A stretch of 64,000 bases of DNA. Source: Candidatus Cloacimonadales bacterium (GTDB lineage Bacteria; Cloacimonadota; Cloacimonadia; Cloacimonadales; JAFGVF01). The notes beneath the pieces were generated by a model that saw only the letters and a program-made list of their open reading frames with translations, searched no databases and was not told the origin of the DNA. Positions 19,747 through 29,813 of the stretch are shown here, one piece after another. Numbering within the stretch: the stretch's first letter is position 1; the number at the start of each line of letters is the position of its first letter. The stretch is taken from NCBI GenBank assembly GCA_963663475.2, contig CAXXJV010000002.1, positions 339,211-403,210 on the forward strand, read 5' to 3'. The translations under genes were made by a program, and so were the position numbers.

Positions 19747-20482
19747 TATGAAAAATAAAGTAGTTTTAGTAACTGGATCAGGTCGAGGAATCGGATTTGG
19801 CATTGCTAAGAAGTTTGCTCAAATGCAAGCAAAAACAGTCATCTTAGATATAAATCAAGAGATTGTTGATAATGCTGTTAATGAACTAAAAAAAGAAAAT
19901 TATGATGTCTATGGCTATACTTTAGATGTTACTAATAGTGAATTAGTCGCTAGTGTTTTTAAAGAAATTAATAAAGATTTAGGTTCTTTAGATGTTTTAA
20001 TTAATAATGCAGGCATTACTAAAGATAATTTACTCATGCGAATGAAAGAATCAGAATGGGATGCAGTAATTAATGTTAATTTAAAAGGAACATATAATTG
20101 CACTCAAAAGATTTGTCGTTACATGATGAAACAGAAAAGTGGAGTTATTATTAATATAGCTTCAGTTATTGGTATAATGGGTAATGCTGGCCAAGCTAAT
20201 TACGCTGCCTCAAAAGGCGGTATTATAGCCTTTACAAAGTCTACTGCTAAAGAGCTTGCTTCTCGTAATATAAGAGCAAATGCAATAGCTCCAGGCTTTA
20301 TTGAAACTGACATGACTGCTTCTCTCAGTGAAGAAGTAGTAGAAAGCTATGCTCAAGCAATCCCACTTGGAAAAATGGGACAGACTGAAGACATAGCTAA
20401 TGTATGCATATTCTTAGCTTCTGATGGAGCTAAATATATAACTGGTCAAACCATCAATGTTGATGGTGGACTTATCATGTAA
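19739..20482 (+). CDS. fabG: 3-oxoacyl-ACP reductase
   Basis: TGSGRGIG, NNAGIT, YAASK, VDGG; fab operon context. Confidence 0.95.
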   Translation: MYDMKNKVVLVTGSGRGIGFGIAKKFAQMQAKTVILDINQEIVDNAVNELKKENYDVYGYTLDVTNSELVASVFKEINKDLGSLDVLINNAGITKDNLLMRMKESEWDAVINVNLKGTYNCTQKICRYMMKQKSGVIINIASVIGIMGNAGQANYAASKGGIIAFTKSTAKELASRNIRANAIAPGFIETDMTASLSEEVVESYAQAIPLGKMGQTEDIANVCIFLASDGAKYITGQTINVDGGLIM

Positions 20483-20520
20483 ATTGATATCTGAAAAGAA
20501 AAATAACCATGGAGGAAATA

Positions 20521-20754
20521 ATGGATATTGAAGCAAAAGTAAAACAAATTATTGTTGACGAATTGAGTGTTGAAGAGAGTCAAGTTACTAATGACGCTAA
20601 ATTTATTGAAGATTTAGGTGCTGATTCATTAGACACAGTAGAACTTGTAATGAAGTTTGAAGAAGAATTCGATATCGAAATTCCAGACGAAGATCAAGAG
20701 AAATTGAGATCAGTTGGTGCAGCTATTAATTATCTAAAAGAAAGATTAGCTTAA
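20521..20754 (+). CDS. acpP: Acyl carrier protein
   Basis: [14 protein letters not shown]. Confidence 0.97.
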   Translation: MDIEAKVKQIIVDELSVEESQVTNDAKFIEDLGADSLDTVELVMKFEEEFDIEIPDEDQEKLRSVGAAINYLKERLA

Positions 20755-20839
20755 TTATAGCATGATTAATTTGAGTTAAGGCTTTTCTTTAGAGAGAAGG
20801 CTTAACTCAAAATTGTTTAATAAAATCTAAGGAAAATAT

Positions 20840-22081
20840 ATGAAAAGAAGAGTTGTAATTACGGGACTGGGTGCAGTTACTCCTGTAGGGTTAAATGTAA
20901 CAAGTTTATGGGAAAGCTTGTTAGCAGGTAAGTCAGGAATCTCTTTGATCGAAAAATTCGATACAACCGATTTTACATCTAAAATTGCTGGTGAAATAAA
21001 AGACTTTAATGCTGAAGATTATTTTGAGAAGAAAGAAATTAAGAAATTAGACTTATATACCCAATTTGCTCTTGTGGCTGCAAGAGAAGCTATGAAAGAT
21101 GCAGGTTTAACACCTGGTTCTTTCGATCCTGAAAGAGCTGGTTGTGTTATGGGAGCTGGTATTGGTGGTATTTGGACTTTCCAAGAAGAAACAGAAAAAT
21201 ACTTCAAGAAAGGTGCAAGACGTGTTGGACCTTTTTTCATTCCTAAAATGATTTCAAACATTGCTGCAGGACATATCGCTATTGAGAATAATTTGAAAGC
21301 GATTAACTTCAATGTCGTAAGTGCCTGTGCTAGTGCAAATCATGCTATCGGAACTTCCTTCAGATCAATTCAATATGGGGATGCAGATATTATCGTAAGT
21401 GGTGGTGCTGAAGGAGCAGTTAATCCAATGGCTATGGCTGGATTCTGTGCAATGAAAGCTCTATCTACTAGAAATGACCAACCAACTAAAGCTAGTAGGC
21501 CTTTTGATAAGGAACGTGATGGTTTCGTTATGTCTGAAGGTTCTGGAATGCTAGTCTTAGAAGAGTTAGAGCATGCTCTTGCTCGTGGAGCTAAAATTTA
21601 TGGAGAGCTAGTAGGCTACGGTGCTACTTGTGATGCCTTCCATGTTACAGCTCCTGCTGAAGGTGGTGAAGGTTCTGCAAGAGCAATTGACTTTGCTCTT
21701 AAAGATGGTGGCCTTAAGCCTGAGGATATAGATTATATCAATGCACATGGTACATCAACTCCTTTGAATGATAAAAATGAAACTTCAGCTATCAAAAGTG
21801 TATTCGGTGCTCATAGTGCAAACTTAGCTATTAATTCAACTAAATCTATGGTTGGACATATGCTAGGAGCTGCTGCTGGTATTGAAGCAATAGTATGTTG
21901 TCTTTCAATTCGCGATAGTAAAGTTCATGCAACTTTAAACTATGAGAATGAAGACCCTGATTGTGATCTTACTTATACACCAGGAAATTCTATTGATAGA
22001 GAAGTTAGGGCTGCAGTGAGTAATTCACTTGGTTTTGGAGGCCATAACTCTGCCATTGTAATTAAGAAATTTGTAAAATAA
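20840..22081 (+). CDS. fabF: 3-oxoacyl-ACP synthase II
   Basis: SACAS, NAHGTST, KSMVGH, GFGGHN. Confidence 0.96.
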   Translation: MKRRVVITGLGAVTPVGLNVTSLWESLLAGKSGISLIEKFDTTDFTSKIAGEIKDFNAEDYFEKKEIKKLDLYTQFALVAAREAMKDAGLTPGSFDPERAGCVMGAGIGGIWTFQEETEKYFKKGARRVGPFFIPKMISNIAAGHIAIENNLKAINFNVVSACASANHAIGTSFRSIQYGDADIIVSGGAEGAVNPMAMAGFCAMKALSTRNDQPTKASRPFDKERDGFVMSEGSGMLVLEELEHALARGAKIYGELVGYGATCDAFHVTAPAEGGEGSARAIDFALKDGGLKPEDIDYINAHGTSTPLNDKNETSAIKSVFGAHSANLAINSTKSMVGHMLGAAAGIEAIVCCLSIRDSKVHATLNYENEDPDCDLTYTPGNSIDREVRAAVSNSLGFGGHNSAIVIKKFVK

Positions 22082-22091
22082 AAGATAAATT

Positions 22092-22113
22092 AAGGGGGAT
22101 ATATTCCCCCTTT
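22092..22113 (+). terminator. Probable intrinsic terminator after fabF
   Basis: aagggggat-atat-tcccccttt hairpin. Confidence 0.6.
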
Positions 22114-22181
22114 CATTTAGATACTGTGAAAAAAGTAGTTAAACTGCTTTTTTCAGAGTTTCTTATGAACTAAGGAGCTTT

Positions 22182-22949
22182 ATGAAACAACTTATTAAGT
22201 CTTTAATTGACCACTTTGTTAAAGTTGATAAGAGATGTGTTGCAGGATGGGATACCAAGTTAGAAGAACTTCAAAATATTATTCAATATAAGTTTAAAAA
22301 TATCATACTATTAAGGAATGCCCTCACTCATGATTCTTATTATAAGAAAGAAGAAAGGGTGAATACTGAGCTTTCTCCTTTTGAAAGGATGGAGTTTCTT
22401 GGGGATTCAGTTTTAGGACTAGTTATTGCCCAAGAATTATTTGTTCTTTTTCCTCAAAAGCAGGAGGGTAATCTTTCAAAGTTAAAATCGAAGATTGTCT
22501 CAGAAAAATTCTTAACTATGCGATCTAACGAGATTAATTTAGGAGATTTTCTTTTATTGTCAGCAGAGGAAGCAAGAAGTGGGGGAAGATTAAAACCCTC
22601 AATTGTATCTGATTCAATGGAATCATTAATTTGTGCAATTTATTTAGATGGTGGTATGAATGCAGCTCGTAAATTTATAAAGAAGTTTATTCTTCATAAA
22701 TTTGAAAACTATGTAAATAGGGAAGAGTTAGTTAACTATAAGAGTATTTTACAGGAATATACACAAGGTAAGTTTCAGAAACCACCTATTTATAGAGTTA
22801 TATCTGAGAAGGGTCCTGACCACCAGAAGGTCTTTACGGTAGAGGTATTTATTAATGATGTATCATATGGCAAGGGTAGTGGAGCTAATAAGAAAGGAGC
22901 GCAACAGAAAGCTGCTCAACTAGCTTGTTCACAACTCAAGATTAAGTAA
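22182..22949 (+). CDS. rnc: Ribonuclease III
   Basis: ALTHDS, ERMEFLGDSVL, AIYLDGG, C-terminal dsRBD (YKSILQE...GPDH). Confidence 0.96.
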   Translation: MKQLIKSLIDHFVKVDKRCVAGWDTKLEELQNIIQYKFKNIILLRNALTHDSYYKKEERVNTELSPFERMEFLGDSVLGLVIAQELFVLFPQKQEGNLSKLKSKIVSEKFLTMRSNEINLGDFLLLSAEEARSGGRLKPSIVSDSMESLICAIYLDGGMNAARKFIKKFILHKFENYVNREELVNYKSILQEYTQGKFQKPPIYRVISEKGPDHQKVFTVEVFINDVSYGKGSGANKKGAQQKAAQLACSQLKIK

Positions 22950-23929
22950 TGCAAGTTTATCCTGTTTTTCTACCTCTCAAGGGCTGTCCTTTTAGGTGTA
23001 TATATTGTGATCAATACTTGATTACTGCCTCTGATCATTTTGATTTAGATATCCATTTAGCTGATATAGCTAATTTTTGTAAAAAGTATAGTAGTGAAGC
23101 TAAAGAAATAGCTTTCTTTGGAGGAACTTTTACAGCGCTAGATAAAGATTGGCAAGAAGAGCAATTCCGAAAGCTGTCTCCTTTTATCAACAAGAATACA
23201 GGAATAAGATATTCTACTAGGCCTGATTGTCTAAGTCAGGCTGATCTTGATCTTGCTAGACAATATGGAGTTACCACTATTGAACTTGGGATTCAAGATT
23301 TTTCAGATTTAGTTTTAAAGCATAGTAGGAGGGGTTATAATCAAGCTAGGGCTATTTCTGCCTGCCAACTAGTAAAAACTAACAACTTCAAGTTAGGTAT
23401 TCAACTTATGCCAGGATTACCTGCTTTCTCTCAGACTAGTCTGGAGGAAAACAAGCAAATAGTTAGGAACTTAAAGCCTGAATATCTTAGAATCTATCCT
23501 ACAGTTGTTTTACGAGGGACAAAGCTGGAAGAGCTTTATAGGCAAGGGAAGTATAGTCCTTTAGACTTAGAAGAGGCCATAACTATATGTGTAGATCTCT
23601 ATGAAGATTTTACTAGTAAAGCAATAAGAGTTATTAAAATGGGAGTGCAGATTGATAGTATAGATGCTAGTGCTATTGTTGCTGGACCTTACCACAAGGC
23701 ATTTGGAGAACTAGTACAGTCTCATTTGCTTGCTAAAAAGGTAATTAATGCGATCAAGAATAACCCCCAACTTGATCAGCTAATCTTAGCAAAAAAAGAT
23801 ATCTCTAAGTTTACAGGGCATGCCTTTTACGGATTAAAAATCTTAGAAAATTACTTTCCTAATAAAATTTTTAAATTAAGTATTGACATTGATACAAAGT
23901 CCTTTATTATTAGAATAAAGACAAAATAA
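22949..23929 (+). CDS. Radical SAM protein (Elp3/YhcC-like)
   Basis: CPFRCIYC, FFGGTF, STRPDC, ELGIQ. Confidence 0.85.
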   Translation: MQVYPVFLPLKGCPFRCIYCDQYLITASDHFDLDIHLADIANFCKKYSSEAKEIAFFGGTFTALDKDWQEEQFRKLSPFINKNTGIRYSTRPDCLSQADLDLARQYGVTTIELGIQDFSDLVLKHSRRGYNQARAISACQLVKTNNFKLGIQLMPGLPAFSQTSLEENKQIVRNLKPEYLRIYPTVVLRGTKLEELYRQGKYSPLDLEEAITICVDLYEDFTSKAIRVIKMGVQIDSIDASAIVAGPYHKAFGELVQSHLLAKKVINAIKNNPQLDQLILAKKDISKFTGHAFYGLKILENYFPNKIFKLSIDIDTKSFIIRIKTK

Positions 23930-23939
23930 GAGAGGCAAG

Positions 23940-25448
23940 ATGAAACAGATAACTTTAATAGTTCTTTTAGCATTACTTTTGATTTCTTGCGGTATTACAG
24001 ATTTTGAAATGCCTTCTTGGGATGTAGAATTAACCAGTATCCCTTTAATGAATGAAGATTTTCCTGCTGCAGATTTAGAAGGAGAAAATATTCTCATTGA
24101 GAATGATAGCCTTTATGCTGTTGTTGAAGATCAACTTGAGGAGACTACTCCTGAGCTATTTAAAACAATTGTTGATTCAACTCCTGATGTTACTGTTTTA
24201 AGTGATACTCCAGTCGATATTAGATTCGAAATCCAGTCTGTAAACACAAATACAACCTTCAGGATTGTAGATGGGGTATTTGATTCTGGTGAGATGGAAG
24301 TAATTTTTACAGGTAATCTTGACAACTTTGAGATCTTATATATAAATTTTAATCAATTAATAGCTGAAAATGGACAAGCCTTGTCTTTAGCTTTAGAACC
24401 ATCTGATTTTACAAATAATACTTACATAATAGATTTAGCTGGTTTAAGTTTGCAAGACCAAGATATTAATGGTGAATTTTGGTTAATTGATATTGAAGTA
24501 AACGCTGAATCAAGTCAAGGACCAGGAGCAAATCTTGGTTTGGTAAAACTAGTTATTGATGATGATATCTATTTTAGATCTTTTACTGGCTTTATAGATG
24601 ATGTTCATACTCTTGATACACAAACTGATGTTGATATTGATTATCCTTCAGACATTGAAAATGCTGTTATTTTAGAAGAAATCTCACTCTATTTTGAAGT
24701 CTATAACAAAATTGGTTTTGAATTTGAATTAATGGGTGATTTAATTGCTTATCGTGATGGACAAGAGGTAGATCGCATTCTTTTACAAGAATTAGAAGGT
24801 GTTGATTTTGTAATCCAAGCTTCGCCAAGTGATGGGCAAGTAGCTGAAAGCCATTTCGAAATAATTGATAATGAAAGAGTTAATCAGATGCTTCGTTTAA
24901 TGCCAGATAACATAGCTTTTATAAATCCTACATATAAGGTATCAAATATAGATGATTTAGTACCTGGTTTTGTCTCTAACCAACATACAATAAGAAGTGA
25001 TTATCGCATTAAAATTCCTTTTAAAGCCACTTTTAATGATGATTTCATAATTTATCCTGATAAGTTATATGAAATAGAAATCAGTGAGGATAACCAAGAT
25101 TTGATTGATGAAAGAGTTAATGAAGGCAGTATTGATATAATAGTTGAAAATTCTTACCCAATTGGTGGGATATTGGATATTTATCTATCATCTCAGGAAC
25201 TGACTGCAGATTCTGAATCTTTAGCTTTAGCTGAATTACAGTTTACTGATTATGATATACTAGCAAATGCTGATTCATTAGACTATGTGATTTCATTAAG
25301 TGAATCAGATCTTGACCTTTTTCTTCATGATAAAGTTTTTATGAGAACTAGGGTTAAGTTCCATAACAGTAATGGAGTAGTAACAATTCTGCCTACAGAT
25401 AATTTACGTGTCAAAGGTAGTTTAAATATTTCTGTGAGGGTAGATTAA
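23940..25448 (+). CDS. Acidic hypothetical lipoprotein
   Basis: Lipobox LLISC after a hydrophobic signal. Confidence 0.65.
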   Translation: MKQITLIVLLALLLISCGITDFEMPSWDVELTSIPLMNEDFPAADLEGENILIENDSLYAVVEDQLEETTPELFKTIVDSTPDVTVLSDTPVDIRFEIQSVNTNTTFRIVDGVFDSGEMEVIFTGNLDNFEILYINFNQLIAENGQALSLALEPSDFTNNTYIIDLAGLSLQDQDINGEFWLIDIEVNAESSQGPGANLGLVKLVIDDDIYFRSFTGFIDDVHTLDTQTDVDIDYPSDIENAVILEEISLYFEVYNKIGFEFELMGDLIAYRDGQEVDRILLQELEGVDFVIQASPSDGQVAESHFEIIDNERVNQMLRLMPDNIAFINPTYKVSNIDDLVPGFVSNQHTIRSDYRIKIPFKATFNDDFIIYPDKLYEIEISEDNQDLIDERVNEGSIDIIVENSYPIGGILDIYLSSQELTADSESLALAELQFTDYDILANADSLDYVISLSESDLDLFLHDKVFMRTRVKFHNSNGVVTILPTDNLRVKGSLNISVRVD

Positions 25449-26719
25449 TGACATATACAAGAAAAAAAATATCATTTATTATTAGCCTTCTACTAGTCTT
25501 AACTGCTAATTTATTTAGTTTATCAGACTCCTATTCCTTAAGCTTTGCTGACAGTTATTTCTCCAGAGCTAGAGCTTCCCAAGCTTTAAATTGGAATCCT
25601 GCTAATATTGGGGAAGAATCTTATTTAGATTTACCTTTCCTGAATACAAATATTTCTCTAACTAATAACTTATTTGATTTAGATATGAATGGTATTTCAG
25701 GAAAGTATTTAACTGATAAGGACAAGGAAGATATTTTAGCTGAAATAGATGGATCTTTTGTAGTTGATGGATCATTTAGAACACTTATTTTTGGAGTATC
25801 TGATAATAATTTAGCTTTCAGTATTGGTCTTAATGTTTTATCAAGCTCAAAGATATCTGAAGAATTTATTAGAATTAGTCTCTATGGTAATGAAACAGAT
25901 AATTATCATTTCAATAATAGTGATTTAGCATATAACTTACTGTCATACACAGATATATCGGCTGGTATGGGAGGGTTAAAGCTAGATAAAATTATCCCAA
26001 GTTTAGCTAATAGTGATTTACCAGAAATTGAGTATGGTATATCTGCAAGTCTGTTAACAGGTATTGCAAATGTAAAATCTTCATCTTTCACAGCTGATTA
26101 TTTAGCTGACATTGAAAGTGGACTTCAGACTCAAGCATATCTTAAACAGAAGGAAGCCTTTGGTGGATTCGGTTTAAAATTTAATTTATCTTTTAATTCT
26201 CAGGTTAATGAAAACTTATCTTTAGGGATGGGTTTTGATAACCTACTTGGTTTTATTACCTGGACAGGAAAGACTAGGATAAGGGAAAAGAGATATTGGA
26301 TTGAAGATGTTTATATATCAGATTTAGAAGAGGATATTTTATCTGATGAAGATGGTGTAAGCGATATTGATAAATATACTACTTCTCTACCAGTAATCTA
26401 CAGATTTGGTAGTTTGTATGATTTTGGTAAAGTTGACCTCTCTATTGATTACAGCCATACATTTAATGATAATAATTATAATTTAGGCCGGAATAGTATA
26501 TCTCTAGCCACAGAATTAAAATGGATATCAAAGTTTCCTTTCCAGATAGGAATTAAGCTAGGTGATGGAGATAATGTAGTTTCAACTGCCTATGGGGTAA
26601 CCTATAAAGGTAGTTATTTCCAGACTGGTATTGGTCTTCAGGTAGCTGATACTATTTTGCCAGGAAAGTCTTCTAAAGCTCTTTCCTTTGGTATTCATAC
26701 CCAATTAAGTTTGAACTAA
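25448..26719 (+). CDS. Putative outer-membrane beta-barrel protein
   Basis: Signal peptide, 'ALNWNPAN' motif, amphipathic strands. Confidence 0.6.
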   Translation: MTYTRKKISFIISLLLVLTANLFSLSDSYSLSFADSYFSRARASQALNWNPANIGEESYLDLPFLNTNISLTNNLFDLDMNGISGKYLTDKDKEDILAEIDGSFVVDGSFRTLIFGVSDNNLAFSIGLNVLSSSKISEEFIRISLYGNETDNYHFNNSDLAYNLLSYTDISAGMGGLKLDKIIPSLANSDLPEIEYGISASLLTGIANVKSSSFTADYLADIESGLQTQAYLKQKEAFGGFGLKFNLSFNSQVNENLSLGMGFDNLLGFITWTGKTRIREKRYWIEDVYISDLEEDILSDEDGVSDIDKYTTSLPVIYRFGSLYDFGKVDLSIDYSHTFNDNNYNLGRNSISLATELKWISKFPFQIGIKLGDGDNVVSTAYGVTYKGSYFQTGIGLQVADTILPGKSSKALSFGIHTQLSLN

Positions 26720-26738
26720 AGTAATAAGTATATTAATA

Positions 26739-28718
26739 ATGATCTTAATCAGTTTATTAATTTCAGCCCTTTACTCTTATATTCTATATAGGAAAACAAA
26801 ACCAGAAATATCATTAGCCAGAGCAAGTTTTCTTTTTTCTTTGAGATTGATAACTTTATGGATAGTTCTCATGTTTCTCTTGCTACCTGTCTATAAGGTT
26901 ACCAGAGACTTATTAGTTAAACCAAAAGCTCTTGTCTTAATAGATAATTCAGCTAGTATGGATTTATTACAAGAGGGAGAATCTAAAGCAGAGCAAGTTT
27001 CTAACTTGTTAGATGGAATCAAGGGTAGCTTAGAGACTAATTTTGAAGTGGAATACTTTAATTTTGCTTCCTCAATCTCAGGAAACAAGAATAATACAGA
27101 TTTACTTGCAAGTATTGAAGACTTATACCAAAGAGAGTCACAAACTCCCCATGAGATATTCTTATTATCTGATGGCTATTTCTCTGATAATAGATTCTCT
27201 TTGTTGAAAGATTATCCCTTTAAAATTAATACTTTTGAGTTTTCCAACCCACAAAAAGAATTACAAGCTAAAATTGTAAATATTAGATCTAACAGAAATG
27301 CTTATTTAAATGAAGATACACCTATTGAAATTTCTGTAAATAATCAAGGTAAAGACAAGCTCAGTCTTGAGATATCTAATGATAACCAGCTCCTTAAGAG
27401 AAAAATAATTGAATCATCAGAAGCTAACATCACGAAAGAACTGACTAATATTAGCTTTGAAAAAGTAGGTTTATATAATCTAAATATTAAATTACTTGAT
27501 AATGGTGAACAAGTAGATTCTTCTAGATTAGTTATCAAAGTAAGTGATAATAAGAAGAAGCTAGTCATGATAACGGATTCAGCTGATTGGGATTTAAAAT
27601 TCATTAAAGATGCAATCAAACTTGATAATCGCTTTTCCTATAGATATATTATTCTGAAAGATAGGGTCTTATGGGAAGGCAAAAAAGAAGTTTCTTTACC
27701 TGATTTGCTAGCTGATTGCCAACTATTGATACTCAATAACAAGAATAGACTTATCTTTAATCAAAATCAAAATTCTTTCCTAGCTAACAAAATAAAGCAA
27801 GGACTTAATCTCTTTTTGATTGGAGATATTATTAATGGTTTAGAAGAATACTATCCTGTAGCAAAAAGTAATATAGATAGGTTGTATGAAGCAAGAATAA
27901 TTCCTGGTTATGCTAGTAAAGATTATACTACTTTTGCCGAATATTTACAGGAAGCTGATGATTTACCTCCTGTTAAATATTACTATTACAGACTCAAGAA
28001 TACCAGCCAAGAGATAGCTACTTTTGATAATATGGATAGGTCTCCTGCTATAACAAGTTTCAGACTTAATACAACTAAGGTTCTTCATTTTGCTTTTCAA
28101 GATTTCTGGCGATTCTCAACTAGGGTTAGTAGTAATGACTTTAATACAATGATAAGAAATATTCTCCAATGGCTTAGCTCCCAAAGTGGTCAGAATTTCC
28201 TTGTCGCAACAGATAAGGATGGCTATTATTTTGGAGAAACAGTAAACTTCACTGCCTCGATATTAGATGAAAAAGGTGATTTTATCTCGCAAAAGAATCT
28301 AGAACTAATTGTAAAGAATAGTGAGGGACAGAGTGTGAAATCAGATTTCTTACTTTGGAAAAGCCAAGAATATACTTATAAATTAGCTGATTTACCTGCA
28401 GGAAAATATACTTATCAAGTTACAGATCTTGCTTCTGAACAAGTTAGAAATGGCCAGTTTCTAGTCTATGACAACTCCCTTGAAATGTCTCATCTAGACT
28501 TTAATAATGTAGCTCTAAATGAAATTTCAAAGGCTAGTGGGGGATACCATTATAAATCTTGGCAAAGTGAAACTTTTAAACAAGCTCTAGAAAGAGAGAA
28601 AATTCCTACACAATTATATAGAGAATTTAAAATATTATTTAATAATTACTTATTATTTATCGTGATTTTATCTTTCTCCATTGAGTTATTCTTTAGACGG
28701 AGATGGGGTTTAATCTAA
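26739..28718 (+). CDS. Membrane-anchored vWA-domain protein
   Basis: N-terminal TMs, DNSASM MIDAS, LLSDG, C-terminal TM with 'ELFFRRRWGL'. Confidence 0.75.
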   Translation: MILISLLISALYSYILYRKTKPEISLARASFLFSLRLITLWIVLMFLLLPVYKVTRDLLVKPKALVLIDNSASMDLLQEGESKAEQVSNLLDGIKGSLETNFEVEYFNFASSISGNKNNTDLLASIEDLYQRESQTPHEIFLLSDGYFSDNRFSLLKDYPFKINTFEFSNPQKELQAKIVNIRSNRNAYLNEDTPIEISVNNQGKDKLSLEISNDNQLLKRKIIESSEANITKELTNISFEKVGLYNLNIKLLDNGEQVDSSRLVIKVSDNKKKLVMITDSADWDLKFIKDAIKLDNRFSYRYIILKDRVLWEGKKEVSLPDLLADCQLLILNNKNRLIFNQNQNSFLANKIKQGLNLFLIGDIINGLEEYYPVAKSNIDRLYEARIIPGYASKDYTTFAEYLQEADDLPPVKYYYYRLKNTSQEIATFDNMDRSPAITSFRLNTTKVLHFAFQDFWRFSTRVSSNDFNTMIRNILQWLSSQSGQNFLVATDKDGYYFGETVNFTASILDEKGDFISQKNLELIVKNSEGQSVKSDFLLWKSQEYTYKLADLPAGKYTYQVTDLASEQVRNGQFLVYDNSLEMSHLDFNNVALNEISKASGGYHYKSWQSETFKQALEREKIPTQLYREFKILFNNYLLFIVILSFSIELFFRRRWGLI

Positions 28719-28751
28719 AGTTAATAGAAGATAAAAGTAGCTGGAGGAAAA

Positions 28752-29813
28752 GTGAATATTAGAAAAAAGACTAAACAAATAAAACTCGGAAATATGCTCA
28801 TTGGTGGTAATGCTCCTATTTCTATTCAATCAATGACTAATACAAATACTGCTGATGCTAAGGCTACACTTGCTCAGATTAAAGACTTAGAGAAAATTGG
28901 CTGTCAGATTATCAGACTTGCCGTACCAGATCTCGAATCAGCTCATGCTTTAAAAGATATTCTTCCTCAGGTTAATATTCCTACTATTGCAGATATTCAT
29001 TTTGATTATAAATTAGCTTTAGCTTCTATTAAGAATGGTATAGATGGTCTTAGACTTAATCCAGGGAACATTGGTGAAAAATGGAAGGTTAAAGAGGTAA
29101 TCTCTGCTGCAAAAGATAAAAGAATTCCTATAAGAATAGGGGTAAATGGTGGTTCATTATCAAAAAAGATTATTGAAAAATATGGTTTTGGTCAAGAAGC
29201 TATCGTAGAGTCAGCTTTAGAGCATGTTCGAATTCTAGAAGATAGCAATTTTACAGACATTAAGATATCAGTTAAATCTTCCAACTTAGATTTGATGGTT
29301 AAATGTTATCAAGCCCTGAGTGATAAAGTTGATTACCCTCTTCATCTAGGAGTAACTGAAGCAGGAACTTATACCAGGGGTACCGTAAAGTCTGCTATGG
29401 GAATTGGCATGCTTCTTTATCAAGGTATTGGTGATACTATTAGGGTTTCTCTCACTTCCTCACCGCTTGATGAAGTAATTGTTGCTAGAGAAATACTCTT
29501 AGCTTTAGGACTGAAAAAGGGAATGGAAATTATCTCATGTCCTACATGTGGAAGAACTAAGATTGACTTGATTTCCTTAGCTGACAAGGTAGAAAAGAGA
29601 CTTGAAGAATTTAAAGATCAAGCTATAACAGTGGCTGTAATGGGCTGTGTAGTGAATGGACCTGGTGAAGCTAGAGAAGCTGATTATGGTATTGCAGGGG
29701 GAACAAATGAGGGCCTAATCTTCAAAAAAGGTGAGATAATCAAGAAGGTGGCTGAGTGTGATCTAGTAGATCATCTTTATCAGTTGATAAAAGCTGATTT
29801 CTCAAATGAATAG
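28752..29813 (+). CDS. ispG: HMB-PP synthase IspG
   Basis: IQSMTNT, ADIHF, RLNPGN, HLGVTEAG, SCPTCGR, MGCVVNGPGE. Confidence 0.97.
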   Translation: MNIRKKTKQIKLGNMLIGGNAPISIQSMTNTNTADAKATLAQIKDLEKIGCQIIRLAVPDLESAHALKDILPQVNIPTIADIHFDYKLALASIKNGIDGLRLNPGNIGEKWKVKEVISAAKDKRIPIRIGVNGGSLSKKIIEKYGFGQEAIVESALEHVRILEDSNFTDIKISVKSSNLDLMVKCYQALSDKVDYPLHLGVTEAGTYTRGTVKSAMGIGMLLYQGIGDTIRVSLTSSPLDEVIVAREILLALGLKKGMEIISCPTCGRTKIDLISLADKVEKRLEEFKDQAITVAVMGCVVNGPGEAREADYGIAGGTNEGLIFKKGEIIKKVAECDLVDHLYQLIKADFSNE